Source of the DNA: Mobula hypostoma
Lineage: Eukaryota
DNA: 64,000 nt
Direction: 5' to 3'
Assembly: GCF_963921235.1 (NCBI RefSeq)
Contig: NC_086097.1
Span: 244,344,001-244,408,000 of the forward strand
Shown: positions 11,599 to 24,589 of the stretch, piece after piece
How positions within the stretch are numbered: the first letter of the stretch is position 1
Layout: each line of letters begins with the position of its first letter
Made by a program: the position numbers and the translations under genes
Notes under the pieces: generated by a model
Seen by the model: the letters and a program-made list of their open reading frames with translations, nothing else
What the model was told of the DNA's origin: nothing
The model's database searches: none

Positions 11599-14085
11599 TC
11601 CACATTTCTATGATGAGTTGTCTTCATGAATTCAGTCTTGTAGTTGTGTTCACCCAGAAACAGAGTCCACCTCTGCATTCGCTCTGCTGTTAACAGAACA
11701 CCCTTCTGCGGACTGAAAATGGACGCTAGTGGCTGATGATCAGTAATGAGGGTAACCTCTCTCTCATACAAGTACTGGTTGAAATGTTTTACACCCCAAC
11801 CGGATTCAAGACCTCTCTGTCAATCTATGCGCAATTTTTCTCTTCAGCTGTAAGGTAGCATAGCTTATGGGGTGTTCACTTCCATCACTCATAACATATG
11901 ACATGACTGCACCTATACCCTAAGGCAAGAAGATACAGGCAAAGCTCACTGTACGGTGTGATTCATAATGTGTGAGGGCAGAGTCCGACGTCACCACTTC
12001 CTTTACATTTTGGAAAGCAACCTCACACAACTTTATCCACTGTCTTTTCTTCCTGATTGCAGTAAATGAGTTCAAGGGGCAAAGCACAGTAGCCAGGTTT
12101 GGCAGGGTCACATTATAGTAATTGAGAAATCCTGGCCTAGCAGCACCCAGCGCTGCTTGAAGCTTCTTAGCACACTTGCGTACTGTGCGCCAACAGTATG
12201 ACCACGGTAAGTGATGCTTGGTTTAAAGCATTCATGCTTGGTTCATGCTCTGAACCCATAATCTTCTCATTTTTGTAGCACTGCCTTGAGATTTCAGAGA
12301 TGTTCCTTGTCATCCTTACCAGTAGCAATGATGTTATCCAGGTCACAGCCCTGCAGCACCTGGTCTGTAGCTTTCTGCCAGAGTGCAGGTACAGATGCTG
12401 CTCCAAAATTAAAACTATTTTAATGATTAAGACCTTTGTGAGTGTTTGTGGTGAAAAACACTTTGGACTCTACTTCCATCTCTATCTGTAGGTAGGCTTC
12501 TGCTCAGTCTAATTGCCGATATGTTTTCCTTAAGAGAGGTTTGCAAAGATACCCTCTATTCTGAGCAGAAGGTATTGGTCTACTTCCAGTACTGGGTTGA
12601 TGGTGACTTAAAATCACTTCAGGTCCTGACAGACCAATTCTTCTTGGCTGCCGGGACCACCGATGTTGTTCATGAGTTCCAGTCAACCTTGGAAACAATT
12701 CCTTCAGCCTCCATTTGATCTAGCTCATTGGCTACTTTATCACAGACTTGGGTGTGGCATTTTCATTTAACATTATTTGACCTTTAATATGTTTCAGTTT
12801 TCCAGTGCCATCCTTGAACATTGCTGTGGCATTATTCAGTACCTATCTTAATCTGCTTTCAGTTGACTCTATTACAGAGAATGTGGCTTGCAAATGGTGG
12901 ATGGATCTCCAATCAAGTTATAGTTGTCTCAGCCAATCATGACACCACAATTCTGGCCCTCCTGTTTTTACCACATACTATCCCAATGTGACCTGCTGGT
13001 TGTTGTACTTCATGGTTACAAATGTCATTCCCCCAGGAGTTACCTTTTCTCCAGTACAGGTTTTTAGTTGGGTAAATCTGCAGGCTTCAGTTTTGTATCT
13101 TTGAAAAGCTGTTCCAATTCATTTTATAGAATGACTGAAACAGCCCAGCCAGCATCCAATTGAATTTTAATTAATTTACCGTTCACTTCTGGTGTAAGGC
13201 ATATTGCTTGTCTCTTGTTAGTTTCACATTGTAAATCTCAATGCTATCCAGTCCAGTGTCACTCTCATCATTGTTTGATTTTTCATCAACAGCATGCAGA
13301 TTAGAGCTCTTTTTGAAACTGCAACATGACTTTTTATCTTTTTCTCTTCCCTGTGCAGTCCATTTATTTTGTCTGCCCAAAATGCTCTTTGTATGCGTCC
13401 TACTTTGCTGCATTTTCTGCAAGTTTTGCTTTTATACCTGCATTGGTTGTTGTACGTGAGCCGCTGTCACAGCGAGGCCCGTTTCTGTTTAGACATTGCA
13501 ATTTTGTTCACGTTCACTTTCATTCCTGACTGCAACTCAATTATGTCTCGGCCTGCTGTTTCCATTGATACAGCTATTTCAACTGCTCTTTTAAATGTAA
13601 GTTGTGCTTCAGGTAGAAGACATTTTTTAATGTTTTCTTGTAAGATTCCACAAACTAAACAATCTCTCAATCCATCACTAAGTTATCACTGAACTGGCAA
13701 TGCTCAGACAACTTCTTCAATTTAGCCACATATGCTGAAAAGGACTTCCCTTCCTATTGATTCTACTTATGAAAGCTAAAGCAGTCTGCAATCAACAATG
13801 GTTTCAGTTCTAAATGTTCCTGTATTATTTTTGTGATATCAGCAAAGCAAAGTTCAGTTTGGCTGGCTTGCTTGGTGAGTCAAGCTTCTAAGTATACTAT
13901 ACACTCTTCCACCCAATGCTATCAGCAAAGTTGGCACTCAGTTCTCATCAGCTATTCCAGTTGCTTTAAAATATGCCTCAATTCACTCAACATACAATAT
14001 CTTGTGGAATCAAATATAGCTATCTTTCCAATGTAGCCAGCCATCTTTGATTTTTTTTAATGATTATTATCACCTGGTACTCAAT

Positions 14086-14275
14086 GATACATAGAAATAT
14101 AGAAACATATAGGTGCAGGAGTAGGCCATTCGGCCCTTCGAGCCTGCACCGCCATTTATTATGATCATGGCTGATCATCCAACTCAGAACCCCGCCCCAG
14201 CCTTCCCTCCATACCCCCTGATCCCCGTAGCCACAAGGGCCATATCTAACTCCCTCTTAAATATAGCCAATGAAC
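14086..14275 (-). mobile_element. Young CR1 3'-end fragment inserted in the Gypsy leader
   Basis: 14111-14275 differs from 57261-57425 at only 4 of 165 positions. (CATAGAAA)-type tail. Confidence 0.92.
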
Positions 14276-14679
14276 CTGTGAATTTATCTGTTTTCTGCTT
14301 TTTGTTTTAACTTGGCCGACCATTCTTTCCTGAAGAAGCATGTGCGGCACTGCTTTTTACTTGATTGTTTCTTGCTGCACTTTTTTTTTTAACTCAGAAG
14401 TCTCGCTGTGCTTGAACAGGTAAGTAGACGTCTTGAGTCTGTTTAAAATTTACTCACCATCACTGTTAAATTATGTAATTCCAATATATATAATTAATTG
14501 AAAGGAAACACAGAGCAGGGAATACATGTCTTAGTTTCATTTTTTACTTTAGTGACACACTTCGTTATGACGTGGTGGTGTGATACGTATGCCATTAATG
14601 TACTTTTACATATATCCCGTAATGAATTATTTAAATGAACAAGAATGCTTTATCAAACAATATATTTATATTATTTAAA

Positions 14680-15460
14680 TATGGCACTAAACGGCGACTC
14701 CGCTTGCATCTTCAGAAACAGCCCTATTTCTATCTTTGATATCTCTTTTTTTCTTTTTCAAGGTTCTTTTGAAGACCCTGATCTGGAGTTGCACTCTGAC
14801 TCTGGTTCTTTGCGGGCATGGGACTCACAACCGGCCACTTTTCGATATCCCAAGGACGCAGCCTGGAAGGCAATCGCACCTTCAGGACTCCAGATTTTCA
14901 TAGAGATGTGCTGGTTCTCGTCCAGTGCCCCTGACTGGAGTGTCGCAGGAGAACACAGAACATGGGGAGCAGCGGGTTAGCTGCTGGAGGTTGTCTGTCC
15001 AGAGGGCTGTGCCTTTCTGGGGCTGCCCCTCTGGCACAGAGCTCAGAAAAAGTGAAGCAATAGACTTAACATCATAAATCAGCCAGTTGTTTGTTATGTC
15101 TCCCCTCTCACTATGAAATAGGGACATCTCTTTTCCCATTATTAGGGGGAGAGAGAGAGAGAGCCTGTGGTATGTCGAATTACCGGGTGAACGAGCAGTC
15201 TTTGGGGTACTGCAAGTCTGTGTCTTTATTGATGCTTTGCTGCACGCTTAAGTGCTCGGTTGGGGTGGGGGTGGTCATTGCCTTGCTGCTACTTGTGTGT
15301 GGGAGGGGGGAGCTGGGGGTGCTTTGGGGCTCTATCGTTTTAACTGGCATTCATTCTTTGGGGCACTCTTCTGTTTTCGTGGATGTTTGCGAAGAAAAAG
15401 AATTTCAGGATGTATATTGTATATACGTTACTCTGACATAAATGTACCTATTGAAATCTA
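14680..15460 (+). mobile_element. Non-autonomous retroposon(s) with Rex-Babar-like tail
   Basis: Ends in gaatttcaggatgtatattg...ataaatgtacctattgaa, a tail type also seen near 24160, 31720 and 56290/60440. Confidence 0.55.
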
Positions 15461-15559
15461 TTATTTGCACCGTTTGTCTTCTTTTGCACTTTGGTTACTA
15501 TCAGTATTTGCTCATGTATGCTTTTTGTAGGTTATTTTGATAATAAATGTATTTTTTTT

Positions 15560-15795
15560 TATTATTTAGAGATACAGCATGGAACAGGCAGATCCGGCAG
15601 CCCAGCAACTCAGCCAATTCACAGGACAATTTGCAATCACCAATTAACCGACTAACCAGTATGTCCTTGGAATGTGAGAGGGAACCAGAGCACTGGAGGA
15701 AACACACTCACACACGGGGAAAATGTACAAATGTTACGGAAGGTGCCGGAACTGTACTCCAAACTCTGACGTCCTGAAGTGTAGTGCCATTGTGC
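15560..15795 (-). mobile_element. tRNA-derived SINE (HE1-like), decayed
   Basis: Reverse strand shows the SINE body (gtgtgtttcctccagtgctctggttccctctcacattccaaggacatactggttag) shared with 38228-38400 and 62300-62505. Confidence 0.7.
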
Positions 15796-16082
15796 CATGC
15801 TGCTGTGGTGCCAGACTTTGAGAGGCCTCCAATCCGCCCATCATATCATTTGGCACACCAAGCTGCAGAAGATGTGGATAGGCACTTCTGCTTTGCTCCT
15901 GTCAGGTCCTTGGAATGGCTCAGAAAGTTTCACAGCTAGAAAATATTTTTGCATTCTAGGCTGCATCATTGTTGAGGTGATGTTGCAAAGGTTAATCAGG
16001 TAGCTGATTAGTACATTGCGAGACTTTGGAAAAGTGGCCGTGATGAATATTCAGTAGGAGACGGGGGAAATTAGTCAGGTCA

Positions 16083-16846
16083 ATGCACACAAAATGCTGG
16101 AGGAACTCAGCAGGATCAAGTTCAAGTTGATTGCCATCCATCCATACACACGTATACCGCCAAACAAAACAACATTCCTCCGGATCAAGAAGCACAATGC
16201 TGTACATATAACTCACATATACAACACCTAAAGCAACATTACCACAAATAATTGATCAAGTAATGAGGTGTATGTACGACACAAGTTAAAAAGTAAACAG
16301 TATAACGCTACCAGCACCTCATGTGCGATAAGACCTGGGTGGTGGCAGGGAGTTCAGTAGTCTCACGGCCTGGGGGAGGAAGCTGCTTCCCATCCTAACA
16401 GCTCTTTTCCTAACGCTACCGTACCTCCTGCCTGCTGGTAAGGGATCAGAGATTGTTGGACAGATGAAAGGCCCTGGGTACACAATGCTCCTGTAAATAT
16501 CTCTGATGGGTGGAAGGGAGACCCCAATAATCCCCTCAGCAGTCCTTACAATCCTTTGTAAGCTCCAACAGTACCTATAGAAAGGAACACAGAGTTGACA
16601 TTTCGGGCCAAGACTCTTCACCAGGACTGGAGAGGAAGGGGGCAGAAGCCAGAATAAGAAGGGTAGGAGGGGCAGAGAGTATACAAGCTGGCATGAGATA
16701 GGTGAAGCTAGGGAAGGGGGAATAAAGGTGGGTGGGGGGAGGGGACGATCACGAGGTGGTAGGTGGGGGAAATAAAGGGCTGAGGAAAAAGGAATCTGAT
16801 AGGAGAAGCAAGCAGAACACGGGAGAACGGAAAGGAGGAATCCCAC
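16083..16846 (-). mobile_element. Older Penelope 3' fragment carrying a nested Rex-type 3' fragment (about 16117-16560)
   Basis: Perfect 15-bp TSD AAATTAGTCAGGTCA at 16068-16082 and 16847-16861. Degenerate hammerhead near 16592-16628. Confidence 0.8.
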
Positions 16847-16969
16847 AAATTAGTCAGGTCATTGGAAAAGCAATCTCTGCTTATCCTTGAGATGTGCAAA
16901 TGGGGCTTGTTCCAGGTGTTCCCCTCTAGAAGTAAATATATTCCTTAAATTCAGCAACTGTAAAAACAT

Positions 16970-17862
16970 ACAAGCATAGAAAACCTACAGCACAATACAG
17001 GCCCTTCGGCCCACAATGCTGCGCCAAACACGTACTTACTTCAGAAATTACCAAGGATTACCCATGGCCCTTAAAAGACCCTGTCGTATCCGCCTCCACC
17101 ACCGTCGCTGACAGCCCATTTCACACACTCACCACTCTGCATAAAAAACATACCTCTAACATCTCCTCTGTAACAACTTCCAAGCACCTTAAAACTGTGC
17201 CCTCTCATGTTAGCCATTTCAGCCCTGGGAAAAAGCCTCTGACTATCCACATGATCAATTCCTCTCATCATCTTATATACCTCTATCAGGTCACCTCTCA
17301 TCCTCTGTCTCTCCAAGGAGAAAAGGCCGAGTTTACTCAACCTATTCTCATAAGGCATGCTCCCCAATCCGGGCAACATCTTTGTAAAACTCCTCTGCAC
17401 CATTTCTATAGTTTCCACATCCTTCCTGTAGTGAGGTGACCAGAAATGAGCATAATACTCCAAGTTGAGTCTGACCAGGGTCCTATAGAGCTGTAACATT
17501 ACCTCTCAGCTCTTAAATTCAATCCCACGGTTGATGAAGGCCAATGCACCGTATGCCTTCTTAACCACAGAGTCAACCTGCGCAGCTGCTTTGAGTGTCC
17601 TATGGACTCGGACCCCAAGATCCTTCTGATCCTCCCCACTGCCAAGATTCTTATCATTAATACTATTTTCTGCCATCATATTTGACATAGCAAAATGAAC
17701 TACCTCACACTTATCTGGGGTTGAACTCCATCTGCCACTTCTCAGCCCAGTTTTGCATCCTATCAATATCCCACTGTAACCTCTGACAGCCCTCCACACT
17801 ATCCACAACACCCCCAACCTTCATGTCATCAGCAAACTTACTAACCCATCCCTCCACTTCCT
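16970..17862 (-). mobile_element. CR1 LINE 3' portion
   Basis: WVSKFADD, RGDLIEVYKMMRG and the 3' tail. Same subfamily as 19530-21783. Confidence 0.92.
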
Positions 17863-17960
17863 TAAACAACAGGAATTCTGCAGATGCTGGAAATTCAAGC
17901 AACATACATCAAAGTTGCTGGTGAACGCAGCAGGCCAAGCAGCATCTATAGGAAGAGGCG

Positions 17961-17998
17961 CAGTCGACGTTTCAGGCCGAGACCCTTCGTCAGGACTA
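17961..17998 (-). ncRNA. Minimal type I hammerhead ribozyme motif, core intact
   Basis: Minus strand: TAGTC CTGACGA AGGGTCTCGGCCT GAAA CGTC GACTG. Confidence 0.8.
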
Positions 17999-18736
17999 AC
18001 TGAAGGAAGAGTGAGTAAGGGATTTGAAAGCTGGAGGGGGAGGGGGAGATGCAAAATGATAGGAGAAGACAGGAGGGGGAGGGATAGAGCCGAGAGCTGG
18101 ACAGGTGATAGGCAAAAGGGGATACGAGAGGATCATGGGACAGGAGGTCGGGAAGAAAGACGGGGGGGGCGGTGAGCCAGAGGATGGGCAAGAGGTATAT
18201 TCAGAGGGACAGAGGGAGAAAAAGGAGAGTGAGAGAAAGAATGTGTGCATAAAAATGAGTAACAGCTGGGGTACGAGGGGGAGGTGGGGCCTAGCGGAAG
18301 TTAGAGAAGTCAATGTTCATGCCATCAGGTTGGAGGCTACCCAGACAGAATATAAGGTGTTGTTCCTCCAACCTGAGTGTGGCTTCATCTTTACAGTAGA
18401 GGAGGCCGTGGATAGACATGTCAGAATGGGAATGGGATGTGGAATTAAAATGTGTGGCCACTGGGAGATCCTGCTTTCTCTGGCGGACAGAGTGTAGATG
18501 TTCAGCAAAGCGGTCTCCCAGTCTGCGTCGGGTCTCACCAATATATAAAAGGCCACATTGGGAGCACCGGACACAGTATCCACGACCTCATCTACTGTAA
18601 AGAGGAAGCCACACTCAGGTTGCTTATCACCTGTCCAGCTCTTGGCTCCATCCCACCCCCTCCTGTCTTCTCCTATCATTTTGGATCTCCCCCTCCCCCT
18701 CCAACTTTCAAATCCCTTACTCACTCTTCCTTCAGT

Positions 18737-18774
18737 TAGTCCTGACGAAGGGTCTCAGCCTGAAACGTCGACTG
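18737..18774 (+). ncRNA. Minimal type I hammerhead ribozyme motif, core intact
   Basis: TAGTC CTGACGA AGGGTCTCAGCCT GAAA CGTC GACTG. Confidence 0.8.
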
Positions 18775-18959
18775 CACCTCTTCCTACAGATACTGCCTGG
18801 CCTGCTGTGTTCACCAGCAACTTTGATGTGTGTTGTTGTCAGTGGAAAAAACCTGCTTGCATTCACTCTATCTATACCCATCATAATTTTAAATACCGCT
18901 ATCAAATCTCCCGTCATTCTTCTATGCTCCAGAGAATAAAGTCCTAACCTATTCAACCT

Positions 18960-19098
18960 AATCTGGCACCCTTGGGATCTGAGGAGTGCCGGATTAGTAA
19001 AAATGCTGAAATACAGAAGGATCACGTTAAGCATAATCAGTGCCGGATTATCGAAGGAACCGGATTACAGGTAGTCAGATTAGTGAAGGTCGACCTAT
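18960..19098. mobile_element. Probable end of a Tigger/pogo-like MITE
   Basis: Repeated CCGGATTA motifs ending in gattagtgaaggtcgacct-ata. Only one end is visible. Confidence 0.45.
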
Positions 19099-19269
19099 AT
19101 TCTGTAGTTTTTTGACAAGAATCAAATGAAACGGGTTGACTGAATAAATATATATCGGAAGGCAAATTCCCTTGACAGAATGACACATATACTGCATTGA
19201 CCAGGTCGATTCCCAGAAGTCATAGTTAAATTGTGAGACTTCAATATATGGGATTTCTGAAGTGTAAAG

Positions 19270-19528
19270 ATAAAAATGATGCTGCCTCCACCATACTTTA
19301 TAGTAGGGATGGTGTTACCTGGCTAATGCACAGTACTAAATTTATGCCATATCTACTGTTTAGTGTTGAGGCCAAAAAGTTCCAATTTAGTTTCAACCGA
19401 CTACAAGACCTTCTTTCACATCTTTACAGTATCTTCCAAGTGACGTTTTGCAAAATCTTTACGCAAAGGATGTGCTTTTTTTTAAGCAGTCTGTGTGGTG
19501 TGAATCTGATGCTGCACATCAGTCAGAT
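19270..19528 (-). mobile_element. Tc1 transposase fragment
   Basis: Reverse strand encodes TIPTIKYGGGSII and a decayed LKLELFG region. Confidence 0.7.
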
Positions 19529-19529
19529 G

Positions 19530-21783
19530 ACATAGAAACATAGAAAACCTGCAGCACACAATGCTGTGCCGAACATGTACTTTAGAAATTACCCAGGTTT
19601 ACCCATAGCCCTCTATTTTTCTAAGCTCCATGTATCTATCCAGGAGTCTCTTAAAAGACCCTATTGAATCCTCCTCCACCACCGTTGCTGGCGGCCCATT
19701 CCACACACTCTCCACTCTCTGCGTAAAAAAACTTACCTCTGACATCTCCTCTGTACCTACTTCTAAGCACCTTAAAACGTTGTCCTCTCGTGCTAGCCAT
19801 TTCAGCCCTAGGAAAAAGCCTCTGACTATCCACACGATCAATGCCTCTCATCATCTTATACACCTCTATCAGATCACCTCTCATCCTTCGTCACTCCAAG
19901 GAGAAAAGGCCAAGTTCACTCAATCTATTCTCATAAGGCATGCTCCCCAATCCAGGCAACATCCTTGTAAATCTCCTCTGCACCCTTTCTATGGTTTCCA
20001 CATCCTTCCTGTACTGAGGTGACCAGAACTGAGCACGGTACTCCAAGTGGGGTCTGACCAGGGTCCTATGTAGCTGTAACATTACCCCTTGCCTCTTAAA
20101 CTCAATCCCATGGTTGATGAAGGCCAATTCACCATATGCCTTCTTAACCACAGAGTCAACCTACGTAGCAGCTTCGAGTGTCCTATGGACTGGGACCCCA
20201 AGATCCCTCTGATCGACCACACTGCCAAGAGTCTTACCATTAATATTATATTCTGCCATCGTATTTGACCTACCAAAATGAACCACCTCATACTTATGTG
20301 GGGTGAACTCCATCAGCCACTTCTCAACCCAGTTTTGCATCGTATTGATGTCCTGCTGTAACCTCTGACAGCCCTCCACACTATCCACAACACCCCCAAC
20401 CTTCGTGTCATCAGCAAACTTACTAACCCATCCCTCCACTTCCTCATCCAGGTCATTTATAAAAATCACCAAGAGTCAGGGTCCCACAACAGATCCCTGA
20501 GGCACATCACTGGTCACCAGCCTCCATGCAGAATATGACCCGTCTACAACCACTCTTTGCCTTTTGTGGGCAAGCTAGTTCTGGATCCACAAAGTAATGT
20601 ATCCTTGGATCCCATGCAACCTTACTTTCACAATAAGCCTTGCATTGGGTACCTTATCAAATGCCTTGCTGAAATCCATATACACTACATCTACTGCTCT
20701 ACCTTTATCAATGTGTTCAGTCATATCCTCAAAAATTCAATCAGGCTCATAAGACACGACGTGCCTTTGTCAAAGCCATGCTGACTATTCCTAATCATAT
20801 TTAACCTCACCAAATGTTCATAAATCCTGCCTCTCAGGATCTTTTCCATCAACTTACCAACCACTGAAGTAAGACTCACTGGTTTATAATTTCCTGGGCT
20901 ATCTCTACTCCCTTTCTTGAATAAGGGGACAACATCTGCAATCCTCCAATCCTCCGGAACCTCTCCCATCCCCATTGATGATGCAAAGATCATTGCCAGA
21001 GGCTCAGCAATCTCCTCCCTCAACTCCCACAGTGGCCTGTGTAAATCTCGTCCGGTCCCGGTGACTTATCCAACTTGATGCTTTCCAAAACCTCCAGCAC
21101 ATCCTCTTTCTTAATTTCTATATGTTCAAGCTTTTCAATCTGCTATAAGTCATCTCTACAATTGCCAATATCCTTTTTCGTAGTGAATACCGAAGCAAAG
21201 TATTCATTAAGTATCTCATCTACCTCCTCCAGATCCATACACACTTTTCCACTGTCGCACTTAATTGGTCCTATTCTCTCATGTCTTATCCTCTTGCTCT
21301 TCACATACTTGTCGAATGCCTGAGGTTTTCCTTAATCCTGTCCGCCAATGCCTTCTCATGGCCCCTTCTGGCTCTCCTAATTTCATTCTTCAGCTCCTTC
21401 CTGCTAGCGTTATAATCTTCCAGATCACTATCATTACCTAGTTTTTTGAACCTTTCGTATGCTTTTTTTTTCTTCTTGACTAGATTTACAACAGCCGTTG
21501 TACACCATGGTTCCTGTACCCTACCGACCTTTCCCTGTCTCATTGGAACATACCTATGCAGAACACCACCCAAAATTCCCTGAACATCTGCCACATTTCT
21601 GCCGTACATTTCCCTGACAACATCTGTTCCCAATTTATGCTTCCAAGTTCCTGCCTGATAGCTTCATATTTCCCCTTACTCCAAATAAGTGCTTTCCTAA
21701 CTTGTCTGTTGCTATCCCTCTCCAATGCTATGGTGAAGGAGATGGAATTGTGATCACTATCTCCAAAATGCTCTCCCACTGAG
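19530..21783 (-). mobile_element. CR1 LINE, 5'-truncated and frameshifted
   Basis: GEHFGDSDHN (endonuclease end), WRIADVVPLFKKG, KFADDTKVGG, and (CATAGAAA) tail at 19530. Confidence 0.95.
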
Positions 21784-22518
21784 AATTTTCATTGCAATGG
21801 AGATTCTTACAATATGATTTGTGCTTCTGATTTTCATGTAAAGAATCTGAAGCAACTTATTTACTGAAATTAACTACTAAAAAGAATTGGTGATTGCATT
21901 TAATTGTCAAATTAAAATGGAAGGTTTAAGTGACTATAAAGCTGTCAACACTGGGGGAACTCAGCCACTACCTATTGAGAGAAATAGACAAGCAACGTTC
22001 TTCAAGTTGGACCAAAACATTAACTGTCCATTCTCCTCCACAGATGCTGCCTGACCAATATTTTGTGCATGTTGCTCTAGATTTCCAGTGTCTGCAGAAT
22101 CTGCTGTGTAACACCAACAGGCTTGTCTCTCAGAAGGTCTCAGAACAGGTTAAGCAAGCCTCTAGCAAGAACGAATGTACTTCATGTTCTCCTATCATCT
22201 TCTTGTGGTGATTGGTGATAGGCACAAATAACATGGCAAAAATGAAATTGGGTGATAAGTACACAAACCTTTTATTATAAACAGTGTGAAAAGGAAGATA
22301 AATGCAATGCTGGCATTCATTTCAAGAGGACGAGAAAATAAAAACGAGCATGTAATGCTAAGGCTCTATAAGGCAATGATCAGACCACATTTGGAATATT
22401 ATGATAAATTCTGGGCTCCATATCAAAGGAAAGATGAGCTGGAACTGGAGAGGGGCCAGAGGAAGTTCACAAAAATGATCCTGGGAAGTTTTAGAGTCAT
22501 GGAACACTACAGCACATA

Positions 22519-24139
22519 CAGTGGCATACAAAAGTTTGGGCACCCCGGTCAAAATCTCTGTTACTGTGAATAGCTAAGCGAGTAAAAGATGACCTGATTT
22601 TCAAAAGGCATAAAGTTAAAGATGACACATTCCATTAATATTTTAAGCAAGATTACTTTTTTATTTCCATCTTTTACAGTTTCAAAATAACAAAAAAGGA
22701 AAAGGCCCCAAAGCAAAAGTTTGGGCACCCTGCATGGACAGTACTTAGTAACACCCCCTTTGGCAAGTATCACAGCTTGTAAACGCTTTCTGTAATCAGC
22801 TAAGAGTCTTTCAATTCTTGTTTGGGGGATTTTCACACATTCTTCCTTGCAAAAGGCTTCTAGTTCTGTGAGATTCTTGGGCCGTCTTGCATGCACTGCA
22901 CTTTTGAGGTCTATCCACAGATTTTCGATGATGTTTAGGTTGGGGGACTGTGAGGGCCATGGCAAAACCTTCAGCTTGTGCCTCTGGAGGTAGTCCATTG
23001 TGGATTTTGAGGTGTGTTTAGGATCATTATCCTGTTGTAGAAGCCATCCTCTTTTCATCTTCAGCTTTTTTACAGATGGTGTGATGTTTGCTTCCAGAAT
23101 TTGCTGGTATTCAATTGAATTCATTCTTCCCTCTACCAGTGAAATGTTCCCCATGCCACTGGCTGCAAAACAAGCCCAAAGCATGATTGATGCATGATCA
23201 CCCCGTGCTTAACAGTTGGAGAGGTTTTCTTTTCATGAAATTCTGCACCCTTTTTTCTCCAAACATACCTTTGCTCATTGTGGCCAAAAAATTCTATTTT
23301 ATCTTCATTAGTCCACAGGACTTGTTTCCAAAATGCATCAGGCTTGTTTAGATGTTCCTTTGCAAACTTCTGACACTGAATTTTGTGGTGAGGACGCAGG
23401 AAAGATTTTCTTCTGATGACTCTTCCATGGAGGTCATATTTGTGCAGGTGTCGCTGCACAGTAGAATAGTGCACCACCACTCCAGAGTCTGCTAAATCTT
23501 CCTGAAGGTCTTTTGCAGTCAAACGGGGGTTTTGATTTGCTTTTTTAGCAATCCTATGAGCAGTTCTCTCGGAAAGTTTTCTTCATCTTCCAGACCTCAA
23601 CTTGACCTCCACCATTCCTGTTAACTGCCATTTCTTAATTACATTACGAATTGAGGAAACGGCTACCTGAAAATGCTTTGCTATCTCCTTATAGCTTTCT
23701 CCTGCTTTGTGGACATCATTTATTTTAATTTTCAGAGTTCTAGGCAGCTGCTTAGAGGAGCCCATGGCTGCTGATTGTTGGGACAAGGTTTGAGGAGTCA
23801 GGGTATTTATAAAGCTTTGAAACTTGCATCACCTGGCCTTTCCTAATGATGACTGTGAACAAGCCATAGCCCTAACAAGCTAATTAAGGTCTGGGACCTT
23901 GGTAACGGTTATCTGAGAGCTCAAATCTCTTGGGGTGCCCAAACTTTGCATGGTGCTTTTTTTCCCCACTCTAAAATTGTACAAAACAAAAATAACACAC
24001 TAATCTTGCTTAAAATGTTGAAAAGAATGTTTCATCCTTAACTTTATGACTTTTGCAGATCAGATCATCTTCTACTCACTTAACTATTCACAGTAACAGA
24101 AATTTTGACCAGGGGTGTCCAACCTTTTGCATGCCACTG
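22519..24139 (-). mobile_element. Full-length IR/DR-type Tc1 transposon (1621 bp) with frameshifted transposase
   Basis: TA|CAGTGGCAT...ATGCCACTG|TA. Long TIRs with inner repeats (aaagtttgggcaccc near 22715 and inverted near 23935). Transposase pieces MGSSKQL..RSGR, WTNEDKIE (first catalytic D changed to N), QQDNDPKH, WPSQSPNLNIIENLW. Confidence 0.96.
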
Positions 24140-24589
24140 TATCACCTTTCAAAGCTTCATTTATTATCAAAATATGTGTACAGTGTACGTCTCTGAGATT
24201 CTTCTTCTCCAGATAGCCACAAAACCAAGAAAACCATGGAAGTCAGTTTAGAGAGAAACAGTAAACCCACCCACCCCTCCTGCACAAAAAAGAACAGCAA
24301 CCTGATTATCAACCACCCCCACCCCCCAAACCCAATCCCCCGCACAAAACACAATAAGAATATTGGGTCCCAAACACCCCTCCAACCCACATGAAATTCA
24401 CCCCCTCCCCACACAAAAATCCAACAAAAACGCAACAAGTGCACCAACTCCCAAATCACTCTTCACCCTTAATCCATGACCTCTAGTTCCAGTCATACAA
24501 AACCGCAGTAGAAAAAGCCTTTATGCATTTGGGACTGATTGCTTTAAGTGTGTATTTTAATGGGATGGGAAGCAGAGCATCAGAACAGA

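Larger units (their letters stand above)
8599..14680 (-). mobile_element. Decayed Gypsy LTR retrotransposon with diverged LTR remnants (about 8599-8715 and 14464-14680)
   Basis: Gag start MAGYIGKI at about 14044 and RDCLVCGI. RT remnants. RNase H LITDHQPLASIF...HRNVD|GLSCLL is split by a Penelope insertion. Integrase HHCC region LEELHAGHLGVVKM..LARSFVWW..C..CQ at 8775-9032. Both ends share aattgaaaggaaaca...gggaa...tgtcttagttt. Integrase core appears deleted. Confidence 0.88.
17863..18835 (-). mobile_element. Fold-back Penelope element (minus-strand 3' end with GIY-YIG remnant, then an inverted, internally deleted copy from about 18580)
   Basis: Homologous to 10900-11598. The inverted arm ends at ...ctttgatgtgtgttg (18835). 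No TSD found. Confidence 0.9.
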
